Source: Gonapodya sp. JEL0774 (Eukaryota). Taken from it: 64,000 nt of DNA. The translations under genes and the position numbers were made by a program. Within the stretch, counting starts at the first letter, position 1. The number at the start of each line of letters is the position of its first letter. The stretch is from the NCBI GenBank assembly GCA_027604505.1, contig JADIIX010000037.1, positions 1 to 64,000 on the forward strand, given 5' to 3'. Positions 25,396-44,842 of the stretch are shown piece after piece. The notes under the pieces are model-generated. The model did not search any database and had not been told where the DNA came from. It saw nothing but the letters and a program-made list of their open reading frames with translations.

Positions 25396-28300
25396 ATGCC
25401 AGAGCTGCGACGTCCCGTACCTCGGCAGCTCCCACAGTACTCATTCAACACTGTGCCTACAGAGCAAAGGCAGTTTGAAGTGCCAAGCTTCGATGGCCAG
25501 ACTGGCTATCCTGTCTCGAATTCTCACCCACCGCAATCAGACAAACCGGGAGCAATTCATAACCACCAGACAGCACCTAATCCCTCACAACAGCCCGGTC
25601 AGGAGGCAGCGAGGACGGCACCCAACCTCGATCAATCTTATAATCACCAGCAACAGCAATCTCATGCGCCATCTTCGCAACAGCATCAACCCATCTACAC
25701 ATTCGCAGCAGGGCCGGGTCAACCCATCTACGGCCCGCAACAGCATATGCAGTTCTTAAGTCCGTATGGTGGTCCCAACATGCCATCAAGTGGTCAGCCG
25801 ATGCCAGTTCAGATTGTCATGCCCCAGTACGTCTCCCTACCACCAAATCCTCATAACGGTCCTTCCGCTGCTTCCGATCAGTCCACATCAGGTGTTGGCA
25901 ACAGCACGAGTGGGCATTCGCCAGCACCTGGAGTGTCTCACGGGGAGCATCCTTCCCAACATACTATTGAACACTCTTACCAGCGACACCCCTCGTCCCC
26001 TTCGCCTACACAACACAGAATGCATTCTTCGTCTAGTCCCACTACCTACCTTCGCTCGCAGCTCACAAATCTTGAGACCGATCTTGACCACTCTGTGCAT
26101 ACCATCATTACTGCACTCCGTGACCGTGTCATCGAACTGGAGGCACAGCAGCTCAATTCTACTTTCGAGGTCCAGAAACTCTCTAGGGTATCAACTCAGA
26201 AGGAGATTATCCTTCAGGAAACTACAAAGAAAATCGTTGAACTCGAGAAGGAGCGTCGTCGGTCCGAGTCGCAGTTCAGCCAAGTCCGCGAGCGCACCCA
26301 TCAGGAACTTGCGGAGCGAGATCACCGAATTCTCCATCTGGAAGAGAAACTCCGTAACGCTGAGGCTGCCGCAGCTTCACTAGAACAGACGCTCAAGACT
26401 CGTGAAGGTATCGCTGAGGAAGCGCAGAGCGCTGCTCGAACCGCAACGGAGCGGGGCCAGGCTGTCGCCACCCTTACAGCAACACTTGAGTCTCGACAAG
26501 CAAAACTCCACAAACTTGCGCGTGCTGTCAAGTCTCTCAAGATCTCTCTTCGGACGGAGAAAGAAGCTTCCGGACAGCGCGAGCGCGCACTGGAGGATCA
26601 GCGGGATCGTGTCAACCAGCGATATATCCGCGCATGTGAGAAGGTGGCAAGCCTGGAAGGCACAGTGCAGGATCGAGATACTGTTATTGCGCAGCGGGAG
26701 CGGGCAATTCAAGAAGCAAACACCCGAATCACCGCGTTCCAAACACAGCTCCAGCAGAATGAAGTGTGCATGACAGATCTCAAGAAGGCTTTCACTGAGG
26801 CCGTGGGAACTCTGGCAGAGCGCAAGAGGGCCATTAAAGATCTCCAGCGGCAACTTGAGGAGTCTGCAAGACGTCTTGCAGAGAAGGATGTGGTTGTAGC
26901 TGAGGCGAATAAACTGGCGTCAGAAAGGGCCGATCAAGTGACCGATATCTCCAAGAGACTTGCTGAAGTTGAGCTCGCCAACGGGGAGTTCATGGATAAA
27001 AATGTAGCTCTTGAGCATGAGGTGGAGAACCTAAAGGATGCGATCAGAGAAGTCGCGAAGGATGGAAACGTTGAATCTCAGGCTGAGGTCATTCGAGACG
27101 CTAGCCAAGTTGCTGATGCTGTAGCGCAGGGAGAGGATCAGCAGGAGTCTCAACCCATTGCGAACCGTGCTACACCATCTCGCCAACCAACCGAACGCGA
27201 TATCCTTCCACTCTCTCAGTCCCGACCACAGAGCCCTAATTGGTGGACAGAGACGAAACCCGTCCAGTCTCCATCCAGTGCGACAACAGCTGTCGGTTTG
27301 TCACCGTCACGTTCATCCCGGGCGGCATCACCTAGCGGCCCCGACCAGACGGACTATATCGTCAAGTCGTCCGACATGAACGAGATCGCGGAATCGGTCG
27401 ATTCTGCCAAAGTCGATCAAGTCCGGAACCTTGAACGAAAGTATGCTGAGCTAGAAACTCGATCTAACGCTCAGATTGCTCTAAAAACCTCCGAGGTTAA
27501 CGCACTTGAGGCTCGGGTGAAGGAACTGAAGAAAGAGCTTTCAGATGCCCTCAAAAAGGTTGCTCTGTCTTCTAGCGAGTCTCGGGGTTCGATTGAGCAG
27601 CGTAACGTGCCCCTGCAGGCGGAGGTCGCCACGCCAAGTGCACCCGCTGTGAACGTCGCTAAGACCGATGCGGCTGCCGACGACGATCGTCATATGCTTC
27701 AAGAAATCGTTAAGTCTCTTGAGTCTGCCCTGCGTGTTGCGCAGGCTGAGATCCAGGCAATGAATGCTGAGCACGCTGAAGTAATCGCGGACGCGGATAA
27801 GGAGCTTGGTGATTACAGGCGCAAATGCGAAGAATACAAAAACGTGTGTGATGAGTACAAGAAAGTATGCGAGGAGTTGAATGGAAGGGTAGCAGATTTG
27901 GAGCAAGCACTTGCCAAGGAAAGGGCCTCACTTGGTTCGGGTGGCGACCGGTGAGCAATATTTTGTTGTCACAATCTCGCTACTTCGAACTGTTAAATGT
28001 TGTCACTTTCAACAGGGCTTCTTCTCGCAGCAACTCGACCACATCAACGAGTGCTGCCGCAATGCAATTACAAACAGATCAACTGAAAAGGGCAAAATTG
28101 CGGATCGTGGAACTGGAAAAGGCACTTTCTGATTTGTCACGAGACGACGCCGTGAGTCGCAATGCTGTAAGCTTGCGTGAACTTTCCTCATGATTGAATC
28201 CGCAGACAAAGAAGATCCTAGTGAAAAGCGACGAACTCGAAAAGAAAATATCCGAATTGCAAACGAAACTTCGTGAAGCTGCCGAAACTGTCTCAGTGAG

Positions 28301-29285
28301 TAGTGGGTCGGTGGTATGTGTAAAGCCAGTGACGCAAACACTTCGTCTTTTACTGAAGCGCCGCGACAAAGCACTGCAAGAACTCACGGAGACTGCAGAG
28401 TTACGTTTGAAGGAGGTTGCTGCGATCACAGCACGCCTTGCATACGCCGAGGAAGTCATACAGGACAGGGAAGCTGCCATTGACGAGCGCGATAAGGTTC
28501 TGAGTGAACTTAATTCTCGCATTGAGTCCGGTGGTGGAGATGCGTCCACTGAGCTTGCCACCGCGAAGCGTCTCGCAGAACTCGAGAATGCTATTGCAGA
28601 ACGAGATTCAAAGCTTGCTGATCTCAGCAGAAGGCTCTCCGAGACTGACCATTTCCAAGGCCAGGATTCCCAAATTTCTAATGTCAATCTGGAAGCTGCC
28701 ATTGGAGAGACGCAGAAGATTCTTGTGGAGCTCGCCCGAGCGAAGCAAGAAGCATCCACCGAAGTCGCCAAGATCAAAGCTGAGGCATCGAAACTGTCTC
28801 TTGAGCGGGATCGCAAAATCTCCGCTCTGGAAAGGAATGTCAACAGCCTCGAGAGGGACTCCAATGAACGAGAACGCGAGCTGGGCGAACAGATGCGGAT
28901 TAGCGCCGATAACAAAAAGCTCGAAGCTATTCGTAATGAGACAGTGGGAGCCATGTCTCGCCGCATTGTGGACATTTCTCGCGTCCTCGCAGGCCAGGAA
29001 CTCCCAACGCCACTCACGCCGACCAATCCCGCACAGTGGCAGGCAATTTCAAGCACCAGTCCGGAGCTTGCCAAATTGGTGTCCGGCGTAGTGGAACTTG
29101 AGAACACGTTGCAGGCAACGGCGGACGCGAATCGCAGCGGAATGCACGCAAGGGAAGGATCCCAAGGTTCCATCACCTCTATTCAAGTTGGGCCAGATGG
29201 AGCTCCAGTGAAAAAGAGAAGGCCTTCATTCTTTAAAAAGCTATCCTCTGCGTTCAAGAAGAAGGAAGGAGAGACTGGTGAATAA
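25396..29285 (+). CDS. Large coiled-coil protein of unknown function, multi-exon
   Basis: 854-aa and 363-aa open frames with a Q/P/S-rich N-terminus and long heptad-like E/K/R/L/A stretches. Basic C-terminus KKRRPSFFKKLSSAFKKK. Confidence 0.8.
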
Positions 29286-29590
29286 ACGGAGACTTTGAGT
29301 TGTTAGTCATCAATATTTGTCTCAAACTTCCTTACTTAGACCTCGACCGTCGATCCATTGACAACGAAAGCTTTCGCGGTCGTTACCGCTCTCCAACTGG
29401 CCAATCAAGCATGATGGCAAGCCCTTAATCCGGTTGTTATGCAAATGAAACAAGTTTTGTAATATTATGAACAATGAGATGCAACTGAGATGTACATTGT
29501 TGAAGCAGACAAATGAAGTGTTATTTACATCAACTACATCAAATGTTGAGGGACACGTAGTTGTTTTATTTCCATCTCAAAAGTATGATG

Positions 29591-32085
29591 TCATCGATCA
29601 TGACGCGGATTGGGTTGCACCTCTGCCTCTCTGATGTAAGAACCATCCCAAAACCTACCCTCCGCCTCCTCCACCGATGCTTCAATTATGGCCGCTTCCT
29701 GTGCTGAGTTAGCAAACGTGGGAGCGAGGTAGGGGCGTGCAGCGAGCGTCTGCAAAAGGTCCGAGAGCGACAGCCGAGTGCCACCTCGGTCTGCCTTTGT
29801 CCGTGTCTCCTCCCCATCAGCATTAGGGTCCACCACAACCCCGTCAGTCGGAGCGTCTTCATGTGTCCCGGGGGATGAGTGCTTGGAACTTCCTCGCGGT
29901 CGCATGAGGCAGTTACCGCCACGTAAGTCAAGCTTCTTCGCTCCTCCACCATCCGCATTTAATACGCCATTGATCCCCCTTTCCTTGCTTTCTGATTTAT
30001 CAAAAGATCCGAAGGAATCATTCGGAGCTCTACTGCTGAAGGTTAACGCCAAACTCGGCCGCTTCCCACGGAGCTCCTTTAATAATTTATTCCCAGGTTC
30101 CTGCTCGTCCTCACTCCATTGCTCAGCGGCTCCTGGCTGATCCATTTCATCGGTGATTGGTGGCTCTGTAGTATCCACGACGTTTGAAACAATGACAGAG
30201 GATTGCATATACCCAGCACTGAGTGGGGCGGGTGGTCGTGTCCATCCAACGGACCGGACATGGGCGACGCAAACTGAAAGGAGATTTTTGAGGTAGGTCT
30301 GGTAATAGCCAGGATATTGAGAAAAGGAGGAACGTGGAAGAGGGTTAGAAGAGGGTCGAGGGCAGGTACCCGTACTAGACATATCCCGCCCATTCGAAAG
30401 CATGACCGGTCCGCACCAACTACGCCCGACAAATCTGCTCACCTCTACTCCCAGTGCCGCCATTTCCACAGCCGAGTCCTGCACTTGTCCCATCGCCTGT
30501 CCCACAAGGCCCATTCCCGCAAGAACAACACCTTCACCGACCCGTTCCGCGACGACGGTGGCGCGCAACCTTGTCCGAAGCTGATCGTGGGTGTAGAGAT
30601 CTCCGATTGAGGTGAGGGAAGGTGGGTAGATGGGTTCTGGGGGACCTGTTCCGGACAGTGGTGCGGCGGTAAGAACAACTTTTGAGTGTAAGGTCGAAGA
30701 GCGGCAGCACCAAAGCTAAATTCATCTCACCGTTTGAAAATCCCGAGAGAATTCGTGAATTGGGATTTGAGTTGGGAATCGGACGTCTGAGGGGAACAAA
30801 GACGGGTGCCTCCTGTGTCGGGAATCGCGAATGACATTAACGCTGAGAACGTGACAAAGTCTCAGGATCACGAGGATACGCCCCAATCTCACCTCTTCTT
30901 CTTCCTCCCCTCTCGATCGCTTCAGCACTCTCCCGCCGTCTGGGCCTACTTCGTCCTCCTCAGTATCCCACTCCGCTTTCCTCTTCACCCCAGCTGACGA
31001 TCCAAGGGCAGTGGTACCGGAAGCAACATTCACCGTAAATTTAGTAGGCGTTAATTGTGCGTTGGCGATAAGGGAGATGAGAAGGGAGTTGTGAAGAGGT
31101 TCTGGAAGTGTTGGATTTAGTTTTGCCGAGGCAGGAAGGAGCTACATTAGTATTGGTGCACTATAATCACGTTCGTTGGATCACTTCTTGCTCCCATCGC
31201 CAGATTTAAGATGGCGAAGAGCGACGACGAGCATGTGTATGCGTGCGCAGTGAAGATTCTGAAACTTCATGGCAGGTCTCTACGAGTGGCAGATGGAACT
31301 CTCCAATGGTAGCACCATCACTACCAGTGGGGCATTGATATTGGTGGAGCAGCTTTTGGAGGTGCGACCATATCCTGGACGAGATTGTTTCCAACACCAC
31401 CACATTCCTCCTCGCCCGACCCAGGTGAGCAAGCCTTGGGGGACTTGCCAAAGAACCAACCCACTCTCAAAAACACCCTGTGTGCACAGTTTCCAATCCA
31501 CTCACTTAGTCTTGTTCCGAGCATGCCATCAACTCGCTCCTCCATTTCTGTACGGGTTAGTCTCCCCGTCAAGAACAAGCCCAGCGCTCTCCAGTACACC
31601 CTAAAATCGTCCCGTCCAAGACCATCAAGAAGGAGTCGTTTGATTGAAAGAGTGTCCTTTCGTTCAGGTGGTGCAGGGTTTTTCGGGTTGTGTGCGTTAC
31701 TGGTGTGGGGATGCAGGCCACCTCCTCCACTGCCCGGAACCTCCCGCTTGGCTGGTTTCGCAACACTACTGCCGTTCCCATTTGCTACAGCACCACCACC
31801 ACCACCAACCTTTCCCGAAGTCCCAGTGCCTGGTGGTTGTTGGGGTGGGAGGGAGGCAGCGCTGGTGGACGGGGGAGGAGAAGGGGCACCACGTGCTAAA
31901 GATGGAGCAGAAGTGGCCAATGTCGATTCACTAGGATTGCCAGGTGGCGGGGATATATCTCGAGGATTGGAGGCTGGGGGAGTCGGTTGCTGTGTGGGTC
32001 CTGAAGGTTGCACGTGGTTGGAAGCCTGGGCCGCGCGAGGAGGAAACGGGGATGGATTTGGAGGGAATGAAACGGCGACTGACAT
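29591..32085 (-). CDS. HFI1: SAGA complex subunit Ada1/Hfi1 (TADA1)-like, multi-exon
   Basis: DTLSIKRLLLDGLGRDDFRVYWRALGLFLTGRLTRTEME...LHNSLLLISLIANA (SAGA-Tad1 N-terminus). Histone-fold-like RATVVAERVG...YQTYLKNLL, then LSLSDL. Confidence 0.75.
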
Positions 32086-32929
32086 CAGCGAAGAAGGGTG
32101 GATGTTTTCAGATTCGGAATTGGTAGGAACAGAACCACGTCCGAAACAGCTGGGAAAGCAATCACGAACAAGATCAGGAACTCCATCAAGATACATAAAA
32201 CCAATCGCACAAATCTTCCACTTTCTCATGTCGCCATCCCAGGCGTTCCCAGTTCCCGAGGATCCTCACGCAACCAACACCTTCGCACATCAAAGTCAAG
32301 CACTTACCCCACACCTTGCCCCGCCGAATGGACTACACAGGCTTCCAGGAGAAATATGACTCCAAAATTTTTTCAAGAAGTCTTTAGGGGAAGGAAACGG
32401 TATGCTGCAATCTTGTGGACACAACCACCTTATATGACACATTCATCAATCAAGATTCGCCTTCATAAATTTTCATCTTAGTACATATCGCCTTCAATCG
32501 CAATCACTTATGTACACATAGAGTTTTAAGAAAGGGAGAAAGACGTCATATCTCGCTCAAAATACGTTGAGACTGGCCTAAATGGAGCTTCTTTCTATAG
32601 GAGTACTACGTGGATCTTGTATCTTGTGATAAGTTCCTCCAACGGATGCACAGAATCATCAACTCTGTTTGCGCTGGCCACCGCGGGCTTTTATGCAATG
32701 ATGGAGTCTGTGATGTTTATTATTTCCTGGTCATAATAGAGAAATCTGCAAATTTTTAGAGAAACTCCGCAGAGCCAAAGCTTGCATGCATCAAGAGGTG
32801 CTAAGGTCGTCATTTGTCGCCGTGTCGGCCTATGGGGTGGTTGGTTCCGGCAGCTCCTGCCAAAAGTATTCACCGATCGCACGTTGATTTGCACACGTTG
32901 AACGGAGCATACTGTAAATACCATCATCG

Positions 32930-35398
32930 ATGGACGGACTGCGGAAAGCGACAGTGAACATTGTAGCAGGGCGGGGAACCGGAGGTCTCAGATTCGACCC
33001 AGTGGGACCAACTGCCACGGCGAACCCGCTTTCGGGGTCTCCCATGTCTTCATTTTCGTCATTATCTTTGGCGTCTTTAAAGAGCCGGCATGTGCATAGG
33101 AGCTCAGGACGCTCGCCGCGGCATATTTCCTCGTCTGCAGCAACTCGTGCTCATCCAGGAGATCCCCTCTCGCGAACATTGCTTGCCCTTACACCACACT
33201 CGACTAATACTCAACACCATGGTGCTCATGAGCACCACCATCATCATCTTCACAACGCCCATCAGCACCGCCATCACGCCCGTCCTCCCCCCTCTCGGTT
33301 CTACGCACCACCGCAGGAATCTCCGCCACGATCATTAAAACACCAGTCGGCATTGGCTCCAGTCTCCACATCTGCTAGTCCATCAACAAACTTTCAACAT
33401 CACGAACTCCCTCGCCTCTCCAACACTCATTTCCCCGGAACCACCCCTACGAGGCCTTCGTCACCGAGCACAATATCCTCCTTGGATGAATGGCCCTCTT
33501 TGGACAATTGGTCTCCGTTGTCGCAACCCCATTCAACCCCCTCAAAATCACCTTCGAGTGAACCACAGGGAGCAGCATCCTCACTACTTGAAATTCGACC
33601 CCCGATCCTCCCCCCAGTCAACCCTACCGACCCCGACCCGACCCTCCTCTCTCGCACGTTTTACCGGCGCGCCCTTCCTCCCCAGCTTACCTCATTCACT
33701 TCCACTCACGGCAAGCGCCTTTTCCGTGAAGCTCTTCTCGATGGACATGCTGAATCCTACTTTTCTCTGGTTGGAAACTTCACTTCCCAAAGCCATCCAG
33801 CGCTCTGCGGGCTTGGAAGTCTTGCCATGGTTTTGAATGCTTTGGAAGTGGATCCGAAGAGGAGGTGGAAAGGTGTTTGGAGGTGGTGGAGTGACGAAAT
33901 GTTGGAGGTCCGTAAGACGTGTTGCTGGTGTTGTCGTGGGGTATTTGTTATGGGCACACACATCAAGGTCCAAGGAACAAACAAAAATCATTCAAAAGCT
34001 TCACTTGTGATGGCCGATGAGCGCTATAACTCTTTGGCGGTCTCTTTTCTCTTTCCGAACCGCTTTGTTAACGACCCCATATCTTTCTCACCACGACCCT
34101 TCTCACAATCCCAGCTCTGCACACCGATTTCAGAAATTCAACGCCGCGGTGTGACCTTTCGAGACTTCGCGTGTATTGCCCGAAACAACGGTCTTAAGTA
34201 AGTGTCCGCTCGTGTTCACACGGCGACATTCCGTACTCAGCTTCCCATGTTCATTTCCGACTCTGGCGGATAGTGTCCTCGCTAAACCTGGTGACACGAC
34301 TTCATATGCAGAGTTCATGAAGGATATTGAACTCTCAGCGACATCACCAGATGTTCATCTAGTGGTGTCCTTCTCGCGAAAGGCCATGGGATGCACAGGC
34401 GACGGCCACTTTTCTCCGATAGGAGCGTACCACAGGGGGGAGGACAAGGCACTAGTATTGGATGTGGCTAGATTCAAGGTGAGTCCCCACTGGAAGTTTC
34501 CAGAAGTGTGAATATTGCCACAGATGCTCCATGTATTTCACAGTACCCGTCCTACTTTGCCTCCACCAAAGAACTCTATGAAGCCATGAAACCGGTGGAC
34601 AAAGAAACTGGTCTCTCTCGCGGTTATTTCCTCCTTCGCCGTGGGACTCGTAAACACGCGCCACTTTGCAAGGTTGCAGTACATCCATCTGCTAATCGGG
34701 CAGACTTGTCCACTCTCCTTACTCGCTCTGTACCCTCTTATCTTGCCTCATTGGTACCACGAACACTTGAAGACGTGGTGAGGGCGGTTTTAGCAGCAAT
34801 TCCGGACGATTACCGTTTTCTAGTGAGCATGCAGGCACCCGGAGTGGATTTAGCTGGCGGGGACGAGCAGAGGAAGGGAGTACTCGAGAGACATAAAAGA
34901 ATGGTGGATGAATTGGTTGAAGAGGCGAGAAATAATGGGATGTTTCAAGTAGTGGCAAATGTAGCAGGTGGTGGGATGATGTTCAATGACCGACACGGGA
35001 AAGGGGAAGGCATGGACACTGCTGGAGACAGCACATTCACTCCGCAAGTCGAGCAGGCTTTCTGCTCCCATGGTGCGCCACAGGTATGCTGCTCGTGGTG
35101 TGTCGACTTTTCGCAAGGCGCCTACAAGGAGGGTAACAATCGCGCGTACGTGGGCTCCGCTGCACGAGACCGACGCGTGGCACTCGCCACTATTTTTATG
35201 CTCGCATCACCTCGCGATATGTATCAAAGTCTGCCGGCGCATCTTTCTGATCAGCTGGAGGAATTCCGCCGGTCCGTGGAGACCGGTGGGAGGGGTGGAA
35301 GGCTGTTGAGGGAGGAGGTGAGGAGAGCTCAGGTGGAACTTGCAGCATTGATGAACGAAGGCTGCCAGTGTCGGCAGGAAGATGCTCGGTCAGCATGA
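32930..35398 (+). CDS. PCS1: Phytochelatin synthase, multi-exon
   Basis: FYRRALP, QSHPALCGLGSLAMVLNALEVDPKRRWKGVWRWW, GDGHFSPIGAYH, LDVARFK|YP, DKETGLSRGY. The Cys-His-Asp triad is intact. Start may instead be the ATG at ~33044. Confidence 0.95.
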
Positions 35399-35541
35399 CG
35401 TAAATATTAGAGATTCGGTTGAGTACAAATTCTATCATGGGGTCTTGAATTGGGGACGGTGTGCCGTGCACTTCCGTGTGTGTTCTTAATGTCCTGCAAT
35501 CTTCGCATAACGCAACCCAGTTCTTCTATGCGCCTGGGAAC

Positions 35542-40708
<5,167 letters not shown>

Positions 40709-40904
40709 TGATTGCATTGCAGAATTTATAATGTTGATTGGGGTCCTTTGCACCGCCACAGTGGAAAGTTTGGGAGTATAAAAGGAAAACGACCAATCCA
40801 CAATCCTCATTTCCGCCTTCCCCACACCACCAGGCCGTCTCTACTCGACAAGACTTCAGCTTCTTCCTCATCGGCTTCGCCTCTGTGCGTTTGCTTGCTG
40901 TCCC

Positions 40905-42072
40905 ATGTCCCAAGGCGCCAGTGCAACTCAGACAGATGCTGGGGCGGCCGGCAATCCCCAGACCGCACTCCTTATGCCACAGCTCCAGTATGTATATGGT
41001 TTTGTAGTTTTGGCCGGAGAAAGGGACCTTTCAGTGCTCGTACGGGTTGGATTAAGTTGTGGACACACCAAGTGTGCCGGTCAACTATCGTGGGGAATCT
41101 GATCTTGGATCATCGTTGCGAAGCAATTCGCGATGTTGCTGCTCTTGATGTCTGCGAGCAGTAGTTTCCAATGGTTCCACTTGCTCGGAATACTCTCCGA
41201 TGCTCCCATTCTCTTGTTCCAGGAATGTGGTAGCGACAGTCGACCTCGAGGTGAAGTTGGACCTTAAAACTATTGCACTTCATGCGCGGAACGCCGAGTA
41301 CAACCCAAAAGTTTGTATCAAATGTTTTGGAAAGTCACCTTTATTCGCACATTCCTATCCAACTGTATCCACTTTTGCGCCTTCTCCCAGCGATTCGCTG
41401 CCGTCATTATGCGGATTCGCGAACCCAAGGTTTGACTTTTCTGAGTAACTTTTACAGCCTTTGTGCTCACTTGCACGTCTTGTCAGACCACTGCTCTGAT
41501 ATTCTCAAGTGGCAAGATGGTTGTCACGGGTGCTAAAAGGTTTGTTCTCAGGTGCGCTTTGGACAATGGCCTTACAAATTTTACTGGATCATGGGCACAG
41601 CGAGGACCAAGCAAAACTCGCGGCGAGAAAGTATGCCCGCATCATCCAGAAGCTCGGCTTCAAGGCATCCTTCAAATCCTTCAAGATTCAGAACATGGTC
41701 GGTTCAACAGACGTCAAGTTTCCCATACGGTTGGTAACTCGTAGATCGCAAATGCTCCCCGAATGTTGTGATTCTGACGTTGGAAAATATCCAGTCTCGA
41801 GGGTTTGTCATTCGCTCACGGCGCTTTCTCGTCGTACGAACCCGAGCTGTTCCCTGGCCTCATTTATCGCATGGTTCGCCCCAAAATTGTGTTGCTCATA
41901 TTTGTATCCGGGAAAATTGTTCTCACTGGAGCGAAAAGCCGGGAGGAGATCTACACTGCGTTCAACTCCATATACCCAGTGAGTTTGCTTGGACTCGTTT
42001 CCTTATTCCTTTGACTATTGATTGTGAATTTCTGGTGTGAATCAGGTGCTATCGGAATTCCGCAAGCAATGA
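40905..42072 (+). CDS. TBP: TATA-box binding protein, multi-exon
   Basis: [12 protein letters not shown]...[39 protein letters not shown]...[14 protein letters not shown]...VLSEFRKQ*. Confidence 0.97.
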
Positions 42073-42485
42073 TAATGGTGAGGATCTGGTCCTGTCATCT
42101 GCACTGTTCTCTGGTCTTGCTGCCGTGCCGCGGCTTCGCCTCGCTGAATCAACTCAGAACTGTTGTTATTTTCACTGCAGCCCCCTGTACACAGCATGTC
42201 GAAACTCGCACGAAGCCGACGACCAGGTTTTTTACTATTCCCCATCGCGGAATGCGTTCAGGCAACGACCGGTCGAGTGGAGGCGGGGAGTGTTTTAGCT
42301 GAAATCATACTCCACCATCGTATCTGACGATCACGAATCAATATGCAACATCCTCCGCCAGGAGGCATTCTTGTAATTCACACAATTACCAAATAAATGA
42401 TTTTCTCTCGGGTATATGTACTCAGGTCCTCAGTGCATGAAAGTTAATATATGTGCAAATTGAGCAACTAGTACATTCGTACTGG

Positions 42486-44456
42486 TCATTCGTCATTCCC
42501 TGTCCCCGCCTGCACCTTCTTCTTCTTTTTCGACTTCTCCGACTTATCCGACGCATCGCTCTTCTCCGAATTCCCTTTTTTGACCTTTTCCGCTTTGTCA
42601 GATGGTTCTCCCTTCTCGGTCTTTCCCGTCTTCGAATCTACTGCTCCGGATGCTGCCGCACCGTCCTTCTTATGCTACAGAGAGCATTGGAGCAAACAGT
42701 GTTAAATGCGAGCAAACGAGAGCGCATAATTCATTGTTAAGTACCTTTTTCTTCTTTCCTTTCCCTTCATCATCTGCCTCTGCCTTCCTCTTCGTCGGTG
42801 CAGGTTTCTCCACGTCCATACCGTCCCCATCGTCATCTATTATGGCGTCCAGAGCAGTCTTCATCGCATCCGCATTGCGCCGAGGTGTGGTGCCCTCCTC
42901 ATAAAACTTAAGACGCTCCTCTACTTGATCCCGGAGAACCTCGCCAAACTTTTGTGTGGGTTTGTCTGTGTTCGGAGTTGAGTCCGGACATCACAATGTC
43001 AGCGACGTGGAAACATCCTTCACTCACCAATGAAGCAGTCTATCCGAGATGCAATGGAGCACTTGTTGGCAAGGAAGCGAGAAATCCGACCCTTGTTCTT
43101 TTGGCCGGCTCGACCGATGAAAGTGGAGTGGTAGATAAGCCCATACTTTGGAGTATTTCCTTTGGTCTTGAGAGCCCTGGACAAGCAAAATGTGGTGTCC
43201 AATATTGAATGGTTCAAGCATACCTCCAAACCGTGCACTTGAATGCTCACCTGAAGAGAGCCTTCTCGGCACCCAAAATTTGTACTGTGGACGCGGGATA
43301 CTTGGAGAGGTTTGTGAGAGAGCCAGCGTGCGAGATGAGCCTGGCACCGACAGACTCGCCGATAAGCGCAGACAAATTGGGCGCCACTTGGTGCATTTTC
43401 GACACCAGGTATGAGTGCAGACTCTTGCGGTACTCCGCAAGGTTCACCACGCGATCGGCAAATTGCTCAATATTTTCCATGTCAGTATCGGCAATGTCAG
43501 TTCCCATGGACGATTTCGCAGCCTCAAGAATTTGTCGGGCTTTGCCCGGTGCGTCGATGGGTGTCGCAGAGGTTGCTAAGAGGTCCTCTAGTGCGGGGAG
43601 GTCTTCCTCCGTGAGGCGGGATTTGTCGCGAATGTGCTTGGCAAGTTTGGCAAAGAGATGATTGTCGGAGACTATTTTTATGAGCTCGGGGAAATGCCAT
43701 GAATACCATTCGCTGTGATGAGTGAGACCCATTGGTCGCCGAAAAGGGATGTATTGAACCTCAATTGAACATCATCCGAAAATGGATAGCGGGGACTACT
43801 CACCGAACTCTCATTGAAAATGTGTTCACGTCCTTGTCCAATTGGTCCAGTAGGGCAATGGCCTGGATAATCATGTTGTCCGATCGATTGACATTGAACT
43901 TGACTTTCGCCCTCGAGTAGCTATGACCCAATCCAAGCTGTGCCCTTTCCAAATCACCATCCTTCAAACCTCCAATAAGCTTATCCGCGTGCAACCGAAT
44001 CCCCCGAATAACCTCGGTCACAACTTCATTCGACTGACAGTCGAACCCAAGCTCCTGCTTGATTGTACCAGCAAGACCCTTTTCGAAAACACCAAGTTGT
44101 ATCTTCGATTTCTTGCCAGGAAGGTTCAGCTCCAGGAAGGATTTCAGATGATCGTTCACGATGCCTGATTGGTGGGGAGCACCGAACACAATTTTCGAAA
44201 GCGTGGCAGGTGAAAACGATGCCATCTCTACCTCGACCATTAATAGAAACCACTCACCCTCAGATACGTCGTTTATGTTTTCGAGCGCGTGGGCAGCGCT
44301 CTTGAAGGGAGCAAAGCTCTTGAGCTTCACATAACGACCAAATCGCGCGAGGTCCTTGACAGCCTCCTGAACCTCATCAAGCTCCATGCCGACTTCATCT
44401 CCAGCAACACGCTCGAACAGAGCGTACCCCGACGCCGTTTCGTAGAGTACGAACAT
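42486..44456 (-). CDS. NOP56: Nucleolar protein 56 (box C/D snoRNP), multi-exon
   Basis: [84 protein letters not shown], Lys-rich tail. Confidence 0.96.
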
Positions 44457-44842
44457 TGTACTACGATGCGGAGATTTATCTTTTGTCGGTGCTCGGACCT
44501 GAGCCGACCAAAGCAACGAGGTCTGATACATGCCATTAGGAACTGCGACAAGCTGCAGTTACCATTGCACTACAAGATTATCACATGGTGTATGCTTGTT
44601 AATAGCGGATCCGACTCGTGTATCACGACAAGCAGGGTGGGGACGTAAATGGTCACCACCCATATTCCGGCGACGACCTTCTCTCTGCACCTGAAAGGCA
44701 AACACCCTTGGCTTCGCTTCGAAGGATGAAATTGAGAAAGCTCGGCGAAGGGATCAGGCTGAACTGCTGACGCAAAGTCCACCTAGGATCCAGACCATCT
44801 TCACCTTCACAGACTCAAAACAACATTCACCCATCAGTCACA

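Noticed and set aside
28079..32359. Long antisense ORFs (28079-29176 minus; 31385-32359 plus)
   Set aside because: These are shadow frames of the coiled-coil and Ada1 genes and have no motifs of their own.
43713..43803. Intronic snoRNA in NOP56 (long TBP, HFI1 and SOD introns also checked)
   Set aside because: No properly placed box C and D pair was seen by eye.
44558..44571. X-box-like GTTACCATTGCACT upstream of the CCDC81-like gene
   Set aside because: Only a half-site match to the RFX consensus, not distinguishable from chance.
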